64,000 bases of DNA, taken from contig JBDRPD010000066.1 of assembly GCA_043827405.1 (NCBI GenBank), positions 1-64,000 of the forward strand, read 5' to 3'. The stretch is from Elusimicrobiota bacterium. Its GTDB lineage: Bacteria; Elusimicrobiota; Elusimicrobia; UBA1565. The translations under genes and the position numbers were made by a program. This document shows positions 47,911-57,236 of the stretch, piece by piece. The notes beneath the pieces were generated by a model. That model saw only the letters and a program-made list of their open reading frames with translations. It did not search any database and was not told the origin of the DNA. How positions within the stretch are numbered: position 1 is the stretch's first letter; each line of letters starts with the position of its first letter.

Positions 47911-48562
47911 CTTTCTTGCCGGCCTTGTCGTGGCGGCGGCGGTTGCGTCGGACTTGCAGCCAAAATTGTACATCTTCCCAGTGCCGGCGCCCAAAGAACA
48001 GAGCGTAATTTATGAGGCCCGCGATGAGCGCTATGCGGGTGATCCAGCTTCCGCCAAGGAAACTGAGCACGATGCCGCCCCAGGCGAAGTAAGCGAGCCA
48101 TTTCACCTTTACCGGCAGGATGAAGAAGAGCAGCAGTTCGAAGTCGGGGTAAAGAGCGGCAAAGGCAAGAAAGATGCCGGTGTTCAGCGTCATGTTCGAG
48201 AGCCCGACTCTCAGCAGCAAGGAAGCGGCGATGGTCGCCGCGGCACCTATGCCATAGTACAGGTTGAAGCGGAAATCTCCCCATTCCCGTTCCAGGGCCT
48301 GGGCGTAAATAAAAAGCAGGTAAAGCCAGAAGAGCATCCACAGGGGGGATACCATCGGCGGGATGAATAAAAACGTGAGGGTGCGCCATACCTCTCCCCG
48401 CAGGATTAGTGCGGGGTCGAGTTCAAGCATGCGCCGGAATTCGGGCCTGATGACGCAGAGGATGTACACCGCCGCGTTCATCCCCACGATAAAAAGCGCC
48501 AGCTGCGGAAGATGCCAGTCCTCGAATCTCCGCTCAAGACGGTCGATCCAGTCGCTTGCCAT
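47885..48562 (-). CDS. Rhomboid/Der1-like integral membrane protein
   Basis: GEVWR..TF.F.P, ALE..WG..RFNLYY, PVKVKW. Confidence 0.7.
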   Translation of the reverse strand: MASDWIDRLERRFEDWHLPQLALFIVGMNAAVYILCVIRPEFRRMLELDPALILRGEVWRTLTFLFIPPMVSPLWMLFWLYLLFIYAQALEREWGDFRFNLYYGIGAAATIAASLLLRVGLSNMTLNTGIFLAFAALYPDFELLLFFILPVKVKWLAYFAWGGIVLSFLGGSWITRIALIAGLINYALFFGRRHWEDVQFWLQVRRNRRRHDKAGKKDDDDSPPT

Positions 48563-48631
48563 AGCACCTATTCTACTTACCCGCAGGGAGGCTGTCTAAT
48601 TCGCGGCGTTCATCTTTGATAGAATTATGCG

Positions 48632-49180
48632 ATGAAGGACCCCGGAAACATGTTCTGGATGGACTTGGAGATGACGGGTCTCGATCCGGAAACGGATACG
48701 ATCATGGAGATCGCCACGATCGTGACCGACGCTCGTTTGCGCACGATCGCCGAGGGGCCGGTGCTGGCGATCCGTCATTCCCGCGAACAGCTTGAGTCAA
48801 TGGACCCTTGGTGCATCAAGCATCACGGCGACTCGGGTCTGTCGCAGCGGTGTCTTGAGTCAACGACCACCTTGCGGGAGGCCGAAGAACTGACGCTGCA
48901 GTTCGCCAGGAAGTACTGTCCGGAAAATCAGATCCCGTTATGCGGCAACTCGATCCATCAGGACCGGCGCTTCGTCGTGCGATACATGCCGCGCCTGAAC
49001 GATTTTCTCCACTACCGGATTATCGACGTCAGTACGATCAAGGAGCTCGTTGAGCGCTGGTATCCGGGGCAGTACCGGCGGTTCAAGAAGCTCGGCAACC
49101 ACGAGGCGCATGGCGATGTTCTTGAGTCGATCGCCGAGCTGGCCGAGTACCGGCAGTTGTTTTTCCGGGAACCGGACTAA
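48632..49180 (+). CDS. orn: Oligoribonuclease
   Basis: WMDLEMTGLD, GNSIHQDR.F, HYRIIDVSTIKEL. Confidence 0.95.
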   Translation: MKDPGNMFWMDLEMTGLDPETDTIMEIATIVTDARLRTIAEGPVLAIRHSREQLESMDPWCIKHHGDSGLSQRCLESTTTLREAEELTLQFARKYCPENQIPLCGNSIHQDRRFVVRYMPRLNDFLHYRIIDVSTIKELVERWYPGQYRRFKKLGNHEAHGDVLESIAELAEYRQLFFREPD

Positions 49181-49186
49181 AACGCG

Positions 49187-49516
49187 CTAGTTGTTTTTGC
49201 TGCGTTTGCCCGGATGTTTGTCGATGCCCTCGCATTGGCACCAATCCGGATGCGGCATTCCTTCCCGCCAACCCTTCTCTTCCAGATTGGTTTTTACCCA
49301 GCACGGATAGCACAGCATTAGGCGGTTGATCGGTTTGTTTTCTCCGCAACGGCGGCAGAGGCCTCGCTTTGGGGGGGCCGTTTTGCGGATTTTAGTGAGG
49401 TCCGGTTCCTCTTCTTCAAGCGCTTCTTGTTCAAGTTCCGTATCGGCGGCTGTCGCTTCGCCGATAATTTCCTCCAGCAATTGATCACCGCTAGGTATCG
49501 TGGTCGTGGGCATCAT
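49187..49516 (-). CDS. Small acidic protein with Cys/His zinc-binding motifs
   Basis: CRRC..LCYPC and HPDWCQC. Confidence 0.6.
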   Translation of the reverse strand: MMPTTTIPSGDQLLEEIIGEATAADTELEQEALEEEEPDLTKIRKTAPPKRGLCRRCGENKPINRLMLCYPCWVKTNLEEKGWREGMPHPDWCQCEGIDKHPGKRSKNN

Positions 49517-49683
49517 TCCTCGTCTAATTTCGGCAGGATAAATATTTTGAAAATAAAAAATGCTTAATAATTATAGCAAAAACAGCATGTCGGGTGTGAC
49601 TAAAATTTAACAATTCTGTACTTGAAAATACATTAAATTGGACTCACAATTATAAACGGTGAGGTATCTTCAGGGGCAGCGGC

Positions 49684-50277
49684 ATGACAGACCATAAATC
49701 TGTTTCAAAAGCAGTATTTTTACTCCGTAAGGCCGCCATCGTATTAAGTGCGGCCGCCTTTGTCGCCGGGGTGGGCGAGATCCTCCGGGTGGCGGCGAGC
49801 GACCGCCCGCGCCTTATTGGGCCTCCGTTTACTATTGTCGCATCGAGCTTTGTCGCAGGTGGCGGGGATTTGCAGCCTGCCGGTTCAGGGCGCACTCTCT
49901 TGAGTTCGATCGGTGGAACAGGCATCCCCAAGATGGAGGGAGGGGATTTTAAGATCGGCACCGGGATTATCGGCGGCGTCGGGACTTCCGGCATCAATAT
50001 CGACAATGCGCACGCTTTCCCCAACCCCTACATCCCTTCCCAGGGGCATGCCGGCATTACGTTTTCTCAGCTGACGCAGGAAGCGACCGTGCTGATCTAT
50101 ACGCTTACGGGTGAACTCGTGCAGGAACTGTTCAAGACGGATGAGGCGACTGACCGCCTGGCGTGGTTTCCGGTTACCAATAAGCGCGGCAACGATATCG
50201 CTAGTGGAGTTTATCTCATCGTTATTAAGTCGGGCGACGGCCAGATCAAGACCGGTAAATTAATGGTGATCAAGTAA
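49684..50277 (+). CDS. Small exported protein with T9SS-like C-terminal sorting domain
   Basis: AFPNP...IYTLTGELV...ASGVYLIVI...KLMVIK terminus; preceded by a GGG..SG..L.SSIG...GG.F.I.TG segment. Confidence 0.75.
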   Translation: MTDHKSVSKAVFLLRKAAIVLSAAAFVAGVGEILRVAASDRPRLIGPPFTIVASSFVAGGGDLQPAGSGRTLLSSIGGTGIPKMEGGDFKIGTGIIGGVGTSGINIDNAHAFPNPYIPSQGHAGITFSQLTQEATVLIYTLTGELVQELFKTDEATDRLAWFPVTNKRGNDIASGVYLIVIKSGDGQIKTGKLMVIK

Positions 50278-51303
50278 GTGAGACATCCTCTGCCGTTGTT
50301 TCTGCTGGCTGCCATGCTGGTCGTTCCGCGGGCTCATGCCCAGGAGGGACCGGGCACGACCGGGGCCAACTTCCTGAAGATCGGTGTGGGTGCACGGCAG
50401 GTCGCGATGGGCGAGGCTGTCGTGGGCATCGCCGATGATGTTAATTCTATGTTCTACAACCCTGCGGGGCTTGGGATGCTGACGCGAAAGGAAGTCTCCG
50501 TGATGCACAACAGCTATATCGAAGGTCTGCGTCAGGAGGTCGGCGCGATGGCGTTTCCGACGCGGCACTTCGGGACCCTCGGCCTCGGTCTCAATATGCT
50601 CAAGGTGGAGGAGTTCGATTCGTACGACACTTTGGATCAGAAAGTCGGCTCTATCGATGCGCAGGATATGGCAGCCAATGTCTCCTATGCCATTGAGATT
50701 GGCCGGCTGCGGCGGGTCTCGGTCGGCGGAACAGCGAGGTTCTTGCGCTCGCGTCTCGATACCTATACGGCGAGCGCCACTATGTTCGATATAGGCATTT
50801 TGGCACGCTACGGTCTCGAGGGGGCGTACGAGAAGCGCTACCGTCTTGGCGCTTCGGTTCGAAATTTGGGCCAAGACCAGAAGTTCATCGGCCAGCCTTT
50901 TAAGCTCCCCCAGAGCCTGCATGTCGGCGGCAGCCGCGACGCCCCGCTGCCCCACCCTTTCGAGGATATGCGCAACATCATCTCGCTGGAAATGGTAGTG
51001 CCCAACGACGACATCCCTTATGTCGCTACGGGCCTGGAGTTGCGCATCGTCAAAGAGTTCGCGATCCGGGTGGGCTACCGCACGGGGCAGGATTTGGGAT
51101 TCGGCTTGACCGTGGGGTTCGGCTTCACCTCGCTGCACCGGGGCTTTGTCCCCAAATGGGTGCCCGAGGTTTCTATGGACTACGCTTTGGTAGACTATGG
51201 GCTGCTGGAGCAGGCGCACCGCATCGGTTTCTCGATGCGGTTCGGCAGCGACAAGTACATGCTGGATGAATTCGACTCTTTATTCGACCCGACGCAGGAT
51301 TAG
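50278..51303 (+). CDS. PorV/PorQ-family outer-membrane beta-barrel
   Basis: FLKIGVGARQVAMGEA..D....YNPAGL; amphipathic strands; DYA..G....HR. Confidence 0.85.
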   Translation: MRHPLPLFLLAAMLVVPRAHAQEGPGTTGANFLKIGVGARQVAMGEAVVGIADDVNSMFYNPAGLGMLTRKEVSVMHNSYIEGLRQEVGAMAFPTRHFGTLGLGLNMLKVEEFDSYDTLDQKVGSIDAQDMAANVSYAIEIGRLRRVSVGGTARFLRSRLDTYTASATMFDIGILARYGLEGAYEKRYRLGASVRNLGQDQKFIGQPFKLPQSLHVGGSRDAPLPHPFEDMRNIISLEMVVPNDDIPYVATGLELRIVKEFAIRVGYRTGQDLGFGLTVGFGFTSLHRGFVPKWVPEVSMDYALVDYGLLEQAHRIGFSMRFGSDKYMLDEFDSLFDPTQD

Positions 51304-51312
51304 AGGCAGGTT

Positions 51313-53604
51313 ATGAGCAAACGCATATGCATGGTGCTGTGGGCGATACCTATACTACTAGCGTTGTGCGGTCGCGCACACGCGCTTTTCACGCCCGCCG
51401 CCACGGCTTCGTCGGGGACCGTGCCGTCGGGACTAATATACCAGGGTCGCTTGGAGGACGCCGGCGTGCCGGCCGCAGGCCTTAAGAATATGGTCTTTCG
51501 TCTATACGACACGGCTTCCGGCGGCACGCCGCTTTGGGACAGCGGGACGCAATCGGTGAGCGTTAATGGCGGCGTTTTCGGGGTCGTGCTGGATATTCCT
51601 CTGGGCGCGCTTGCGGGCAAGAAGCAACGGTACATTGAGCTTATTATTGAGGGTATTACGCTAACGCCGCGCGACCCGCTGCAGAGCGTGCCCTACGCCA
51701 AGATCGCGCAATCGGTTGAGGGGTCGATTGAGATCACCGGGGGCGGCTTCACGCTGTCGAACGCCGATGGCCCGATCCTGCATGTCGATTCGGCCACGGC
51801 GCAGGTCGGCATAGGTACGGATACCTTTTCCGGGGCGGGGATCAAGCTGCAGACGCATGGCGGCGACGTCGTTATCGGCAGCCCGGCGATGGTGGGCGGC
51901 ACCAGCGATGACGATTTGTTTGTCGAGGGCAACCTCAGCGTCGACGGTCAGGTGTCCTTCCAGGGCGCGAGCTTCGCCGACTTGGGGGTCGCGACGAATA
52001 CCAATACCGGGGAACTGTTTAAGGTAGGAGAAGGGACTTTTACGGTGCTCACTACGGGCCGCGTCGGTATCGGCACGAACAACCCCGGGGGGACCCTCGA
52101 TGTGGACGCCGGCGACGTGCCGGGCATCCTGCTCCAGCATGCGACCCGGCCGCAGATCAAGCTGCAGGCCAATCATGTGGATAAGCTGGTGCTGGAGCAT
52201 GATGGTTCGGTAGGACGCGTTAACGCCCTGACTTCGGATCTCGTGCTGGAGACCAACAGCAGCGAGGTCATGCGTCTTGAATCCGGCGGCAATGTCGGCA
52301 TCGGCGGCGCTCCCGGGGCCTTTAAGCTGGATGTGACGGGAAGCGTCAATATTTCGGGCGGGCTTACTCTGGGAACGGATCTGCCGCTCGGGTCCGGCGG
52401 GACAGGGGCTTCGAGCGCGGGGGCGGCGCAGACAAATCTCGACGTGCCGTCGCGCAGCGGCCAGAACGCCTCCGGCAGCTGGACCATCAATATCGTCGAT
52501 GTCGGCGGAGGCACCACCGGCAATGCCGCCAAGGCCGCGGCGCTGAGCGCCGCGCCGGCGACCTGCCTGGTCTCGGGACAGTTCGCCAAGGGCATTCAGG
52601 CCGACGGCGACGCCATCTGCGTCGACGTCGCCAGCGAAATCCCGGAGACCGGCATCGAGGATATTATCTACGACAATGACAACAATCTGACGACGATCGG
52701 CGGCCCTTGGGGAGTCGAGGCGTCGGGTACCAATGATATCAACTTCGACAAGACCGATAATACGTTCTTTATTGATGTGAGCCAGAATTATGTCGGCATC
52801 GGCACCAACCTGCCGAACGATAAGCTTGATGTACAGGGCGGGGACATCAATACCAGCGGCAAGATTCGCGAGGGCGGCAATGAGCTGGTGCCGGCGGGGA
52901 TGATTTTATTCTTCAATCTCGCTTCTTGTCCCGCCGGCTGGACCGAGCTCGCGGTGGCCAGCGGCCGGGCCATCGTCGGCAAGGTGCCGGCGGGGACGCT
53001 GCTCGGGGTGCCGCCGGGCATAGCGCCTTATACAAACCTGGAGGACCGTGCGCATACGCATGATATGCAGAACCATAAGCATACGGTGGACCCGGATAAC
53101 GGGACGCCGCATTCCCATGGCCCCGGAACCCATACCCATTCGGTCGATCCCGGCGGAAACCATAATCATACGGTCGCCGATCATAACCATTCCGTGGATC
53201 TAGGCAATCATAACCATACAGGACCGAACCATCAGCATGGATTCGATGTTCCCGGGTCTTGGTCTGGCGGGCCTAGTGGGAATGTGAATGTCGGTGGTGG
53301 TGGTACCGATGTCGGTAGTGGTAGCCATGGCCATTGGGTCGACCCAGGTGCGGGGACTTCGGGTTGGGGCGGCAACGGGAATACCAGCAATCACAACCCC
53401 GATCCGGTTACTAGCGGTGATGCCGGTTCGGGTAATACAGGAGATTATAATCCAGGAAGCGTGGCTAGTGGCGCCCCGAGCGCAAACAATACAACAACAA
53501 CCGACTTGGCACCGGTGCAGTCGGGCAATCCGAGCACGAATACGACGGGCTCGACCAGCCATACCCTGCCGTACATACAACTGCTGGTATGCGAGAAGAC
53601 TTGA
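51313..53604 (+). CDS. Secreted fibre adhesin with phage tail collar domain and HxH needle (paralogue 1)
   Basis: Signal peptide; YQGRL...LW...PR..L.SVPYA N-domain; VGIGT repeats; collar PAGMILFF...CPAGW; 9 HxH motifs; LPYIQLLVCEKT end. Confidence 0.75.
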   Translation: MSKRICMVLWAIPILLALCGRAHALFTPAATASSGTVPSGLIYQGRLEDAGVPAAGLKNMVFRLYDTASGGTPLWDSGTQSVSVNGGVFGVVLDIPLGALAGKKQRYIELIIEGITLTPRDPLQSVPYAKIAQSVEGSIEITGGGFTLSNADGPILHVDSATAQVGIGTDTFSGAGIKLQTHGGDVVIGSPAMVGGTSDDDLFVEGNLSVDGQVSFQGASFADLGVATNTNTGELFKVGEGTFTVLTTGRVGIGTNNPGGTLDVDAGDVPGILLQHATRPQIKLQANHVDKLVLEHDGSVGRVNALTSDLVLETNSSEVMRLESGGNVGIGGAPGAFKLDVTGSVNISGGLTLGTDLPLGSGGTGASSAGAAQTNLDVPSRSGQNASGSWTINIVDVGGGTTGNAAKAAALSAAPATCLVSGQFAKGIQADGDAICVDVASEIPETGIEDIIYDNDNNLTTIGGPWGVEASGTNDINFDKTDNTFFIDVSQNYVGIGTNLPNDKLDVQGGDINTSGKIREGGNELVPAGMILFFNLASCPAGWTELAVASGRAIVGKVPAGTLLGVPPGIAPYTNLEDRAHTHDMQNHKHTVDPDNGTPHSHGPGTHTHSVDPGGNHNHTVADHNHSVDLGNHNHTGPNHQHGFDVPGSWSGGPSGNVNVGGGGTDVGSGSHGHWVDPGAGTSGWGGNGNTSNHNPDPVTSGDAGSGNTGDYNPGSVASGAPSANNTTTTDLAPVQSGNPSTNTTGSTSHTLPYIQLLVCEKT

Positions 53605-53621
53605 TTAGGTAGATCGAGATA

Positions 53622-55967
53622 ATGAAGCGTGTCGGACATATTCTAATTCTGCTGAGCGCGGCCCTGATATGCGCCGGGGCGGTCCGGTATGCCGCGGCCA
53701 ATTACCGTCCGAGCATGACCTACGATACCGGGACCGTGCCCGGCGGCATCAACTTCCAGGGGCGCCTGGCGAATGACGGCACGGCGGTTACCGGTCAGCG
53801 CAATCTCGTGTTTCGGCTTTACGATGCGGCCGAGGGAGGCACCTTGCTGTGGCAGAGCCTGCTGCTTTCGACTCAGTTCGAAGAGGGTATTTTCGGCGTC
53901 ACGCTCGATATCCCCACCGACGCGCTTATGGGCGCGGGCATGAAGTATCTCGAGTTCGAGGTTAACAATATTATCCTGCTGCCGCGCGAGCCGCTGCGCC
54001 CCGTCCCCTATGCCCGTATCGCCGAGGTCGTCGAAGGCTCGATCGATATTTCCAGCGGCAGCCTGGCGGTATCTACCGCCGCTTTGGACGGCAATGCCAT
54101 CTACGCCTCTTCGGCCGCCGGGTCGGTCGGCTTCGGCACTACGCAGACGCAAGCCGGACAGATTATGCGGGTGGATGCCGGGGATTGGTCCGTGGGTTAT
54201 CCGACGAACAGTAATCCCTCGGCCCAAGAGGATATTTTCATTGAGGGGAATATCGTTATCGGCGGCATCCTGATCGGCGGTCCGGGATTCAGCAACCGGG
54301 TGGAGCTGCTCGTGGTCTCGACCGAGACCAATTCCGGCGAGCGTGCCAAGATCGGCGAAGGCTATCTCACCGTGCTCGACAGCGGCCGGGTCGGGATCAG
54401 TTCAATCACGCCGGGCGCGCCGCTGGGCATCGACGCCAATACGGTGCCGGCGGTGCAGCTTAATCATGCGACGCAGTCCCAGCTTCGCCTCACCCGAGCC
54501 GGCAGCTCCCGTCTGGTCGCGGAAGGCGGTGTTTCGATTTCGACGCTGGGCACGGTCGCGGCCGATGATCTGATCCTGGAAGCGAACAGCGTCGAGGTGC
54601 TGCGGGTCACCTCCGGCGGACGCGTCGGGATTAGCTCGGCGGTTCCCACCGCCGCCCTCGGGGTCGAGGGCAGCGCTAATGTCTCCCTGGGGGCGACTCT
54701 GGGAACGCCGCTGGCGGTCGTCAACGGCGGCACCGGCGGCGCGACCGCGGCGGCCGCCCGGACGGCCTTGGACCTCCCGTCGCGTACCGGGAGCGACGCC
54801 TCCGGCAGTTGGGCGATCGATATCGTCGCGGGGACCGCGGGAACCGGGTCCGCGGCGACCTTCGACGCCTATGTCGCCGCTCCGAGCGTATGCGCGACGG
54901 CCTCCTACTTCTCGACCGGCATCGCGGCCAACGGCGACGCGGTGGGATGCGCCTACAGCGCGGAGAGCGCCGATCTTTCGGAGGCCAGCGTGGAGCCGGT
55001 GATCTACGATAATGACAATATCCTGCGCAGCCCCTGGGAGGTCGCCTCCGCGGGAGCCTATGATATCTTTTTCGACTCCCCGACCTTCTATATCGACGTC
55101 TCGGCCAACCGGGTCGGCATAAGCACGCGGGTGCCGCCCTATACTTTGCATGTCGAGGACGGCGATATCGATACCAGCGGCAAAATCCAGGAAGACAACG
55201 CCGATCTGATCCCCGCCGGCGCGATCACCTTCTCGACGATCCCGGCGGGCTGTCCGTCCGGCTGGTCGGAGTTTACGGCGGCGCGCGGTTTTATGATCGC
55301 CGGCCTGCCCGGTATGGTCGTGGGCTCGCCCGCCACCGGTACGCCGGGTGGGGCGGTCGGCGTTGCGTTGGGAGATCAGGCGACCTTGACCACGCATGCG
55401 CATGATCTCTCGAATCATACCCATACCTTCGATACCCCGGCGCACTCTCATACTCCGGGCGTCCATTCGCATCAGTGGAGCGCAGGCGTTAGCCATAACC
55501 ATACCATTAGCGATCATCAGCATTGGTCGGATCCTATTGGGAACCATCAGCATAGTGGGCCTAGTCACACGCATTCTATGGATCCTCCATGGGATGATCT
55601 TCCAGACAATGATGATACCTTTCGCGTGGGAGGCAGTGCGTGTAGCCCGGCAAACTGCCCAGTAGTAATTAGTGATCACTGGCACGGTTATGATGCAAGT
55701 AGTTTGACTTCAGATGCCGGAGGAACAGGTAATACCGGGTTGACCGATCCGGGCGGCGCAAATTCCAGCTCGGACGGATCGGTCGGTACCGGCAACTCCA
55801 ACTACATCCCCGGCATCGCCACTTCAGGCGCGCCGAGCGCGAACAGTACCGATACTGAAACGATGAGCGGGACTTCCGGCGGGCCGGATGGGGGGCTTAA
55901 CACCACGAGCACGGACAATAATCCGACCGCTCCCTACCTGCAGCTTTGGGTCTGCCAAAAGACCTAA
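53622..55967 (+). CDS. Secreted fibre adhesin with phage tail collar domain and HxH needle (paralogue 2)
   Basis: Colinear with paralogue 1: FQGRL..VPYA, VGIS repeats, PAGAITF...CPSGW, 9 HxH motifs, APYLQLWVCQKT end. Confidence 0.75.
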   Translation: MKRVGHILILLSAALICAGAVRYAAANYRPSMTYDTGTVPGGINFQGRLANDGTAVTGQRNLVFRLYDAAEGGTLLWQSLLLSTQFEEGIFGVTLDIPTDALMGAGMKYLEFEVNNIILLPREPLRPVPYARIAEVVEGSIDISSGSLAVSTAALDGNAIYASSAAGSVGFGTTQTQAGQIMRVDAGDWSVGYPTNSNPSAQEDIFIEGNIVIGGILIGGPGFSNRVELLVVSTETNSGERAKIGEGYLTVLDSGRVGISSITPGAPLGIDANTVPAVQLNHATQSQLRLTRAGSSRLVAEGGVSISTLGTVAADDLILEANSVEVLRVTSGGRVGISSAVPTAALGVEGSANVSLGATLGTPLAVVNGGTGGATAAAARTALDLPSRTGSDASGSWAIDIVAGTAGTGSAATFDAYVAAPSVCATASYFSTGIAANGDAVGCAYSAESADLSEASVEPVIYDNDNILRSPWEVASAGAYDIFFDSPTFYIDVSANRVGISTRVPPYTLHVEDGDIDTSGKIQEDNADLIPAGAITFSTIPAGCPSGWSEFTAARGFMIAGLPGMVVGSPATGTPGGAVGVALGDQATLTTHAHDLSNHTHTFDTPAHSHTPGVHSHQWSAGVSHNHTISDHQHWSDPIGNHQHSGPSHTHSMDPPWDDLPDNDDTFRVGGSACSPANCPVVISDHWHGYDASSLTSDAGGTGNTGLTDPGGANSSSDGSVGTGNSNYIPGIATSGAPSANSTDTETMSGTSGGPDGGLNTTSTDNNPTAPYLQLWVCQKT

Positions 55968-56012
55968 CAGCCGGGGCGGTCGTTACCGCCAAGAGATTGA
56001 TATAATCCCCGC

Positions 56013-56171
56013 ATGGAGACCGCTCTTCTTACTATCGGCGTGATGGCCCTATGCTTCGTGGGGCTGGGGATCGGTCTCATCCTGTCCAAGAAGATCTGCA
56101 TCAAGGGTTCCTGCGGCGGCGCCAATAAGGACCCTAACAGCGCCTGCCCGGACTGCAGCCGCAGAAAATAA
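56013..56171 (+). CDS. nqrM: Na+-NQR maturation factor NqrM (52 aa)
   Basis: METALLTIGVMALCFVGLGIGLILSKKICIKGSCGGANKDPNSACPDCSRRK: TM + IKGSCGG + CxxC; next to apbE/nqr; not in the ORF track. Confidence 0.8.
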   Translation: METALLTIGVMALCFVGLGIGLILSKKICIKGSCGGANKDPNSACPDCSRRK

Positions 56172-56180
56172 GAGGACGGT

Positions 56181-57236
56181 CTAGCCGCCGCTCGCGCGCG
56201 GAAAGCCCGGCGTCGAAGTCACCGTAAATCCGCCCTTTTCATCGGCGGAGATGAAAAGCGCCTCCCAGCCGGGATGCTCTTCGATAAAGCCTCTCCCGCG
56301 CTCGGCGCCCAGCACCATGACGGCGGTGGCGGCCGCGTCGGCTTCCATGCATGTCGGGGCGGTAATCGATACGCTGGCCAGGCCGTGTTCGACGGGCCGG
56401 CCGGTGCGGGGGTCGATGAAATGGGCGTAGCGGCGGCCGTCGCGGGTATAGAAGTTGCGGTAGCCGCCCGAGGTCGCCAGCGCCGCGTTATGCAGGCTTA
56501 CGAAGGCGCTGAACTGTCCGCCCGGCGGAGCCCCGTCATGCGGGGTATCGATGCCGATTCTCCAGGGGCGCCCCCTGGGGTTTTTGCCCTGCGCGAAGAC
56601 TTCACCGCCTATTTCGACCATGAAGTTCTGGTGTCCGCGCGCCTTAATCAGGCGGGCAACCGCATCGACTCCGTAGCCTTTGGCTATGGCGCTGAGGTCC
56701 ACGCGCAGACTGGAGATATCTTTGCCTAAAGCGGGGGGGGTATCCCAGGTCTTGAGACGACGGTAGCCGGTATGGCTGCGCGCGGCGGCGATCGCCGTAT
56801 CGCCGGGGAGCTCCTTGCTCCGCGCCGCCGGACCGAAGCCCCATAGATCGACCAGCGGGCCGATCGTCGGATCGAAAGCCCCCCGGGTCTCCTCGGCGAT
56901 GCGCCGCGCCGTGCGTACGACATCGAGCGTTTCCGGAGAAACAGAGAATGGCTGCCGGCTTATTGAGCGGTTGAAGCGCGACAGCTCGCTCTCAGGGTCA
57001 TAGGTCGACATCTTCTTATTGATCGCCGCCAAGAGTATATCGATATCGCTTTTCAGCCTCCCCTGCCGGTCCGGAGGCATGGTTTCCGCGAGCGTGATGT
57101 GGTAAGAGGTCCCCATGGTGCGCCCTTCGAGCTTGACGGCTGTCGGCGCAGGCTGGGCGCAGGCAAGCGCCGCGGCGGCGAGGAGGGGGGTAAAACAGCA
57201 GGGCCTCTTGTTTAGAGGCCCTGCATCAGAACTCAT
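56181..57236 (-). CDS. apbE: FAD:protein FMN transferase ApbE
   Basis: TMGT, SELSRFN, DLSAIAKGYGVD, EIGGE, ATSG.Y, H.IDPRTG. Confidence 0.95.
   Translation of the reverse strand: MSSDAGPLNKRPCCFTPLLAAAALACAQPAPTAVKLEGRTMGTSYHITLAETMPPDRQGRLKSDIDILLAAINKKMSTYDPESELSRFNRSISRQPFSVSPETLDVVRTARRIAEETRGAFDPTIGPLVDLWGFGPAARSKELPGDTAIAAARSHTGYRRLKTWDTPPALGKDISSLRVDLSAIAKGYGVDAVARLIKARGHQNFMVEIGGEVFAQGKNPRGRPWRIGIDTPHDGAPPGGQFSAFVSLHNAALATSGGYRNFYTRDGRRYAHFIDPRTGRPVEHGLASVSITAPTCMEADAAATAVMVLGAERGRGFIEEHPGWEALFISADEKGGFTVTSTPGFPRASGG

Noticed and set aside
51313..55967. Diversity-generating retroelement or prophage tail region
   Set aside because: No reverse transcriptase, no adenine-specific TR/VR pair, and no capsid/terminase/baseplate genes in the window; the fibres carry Sec signal peptides
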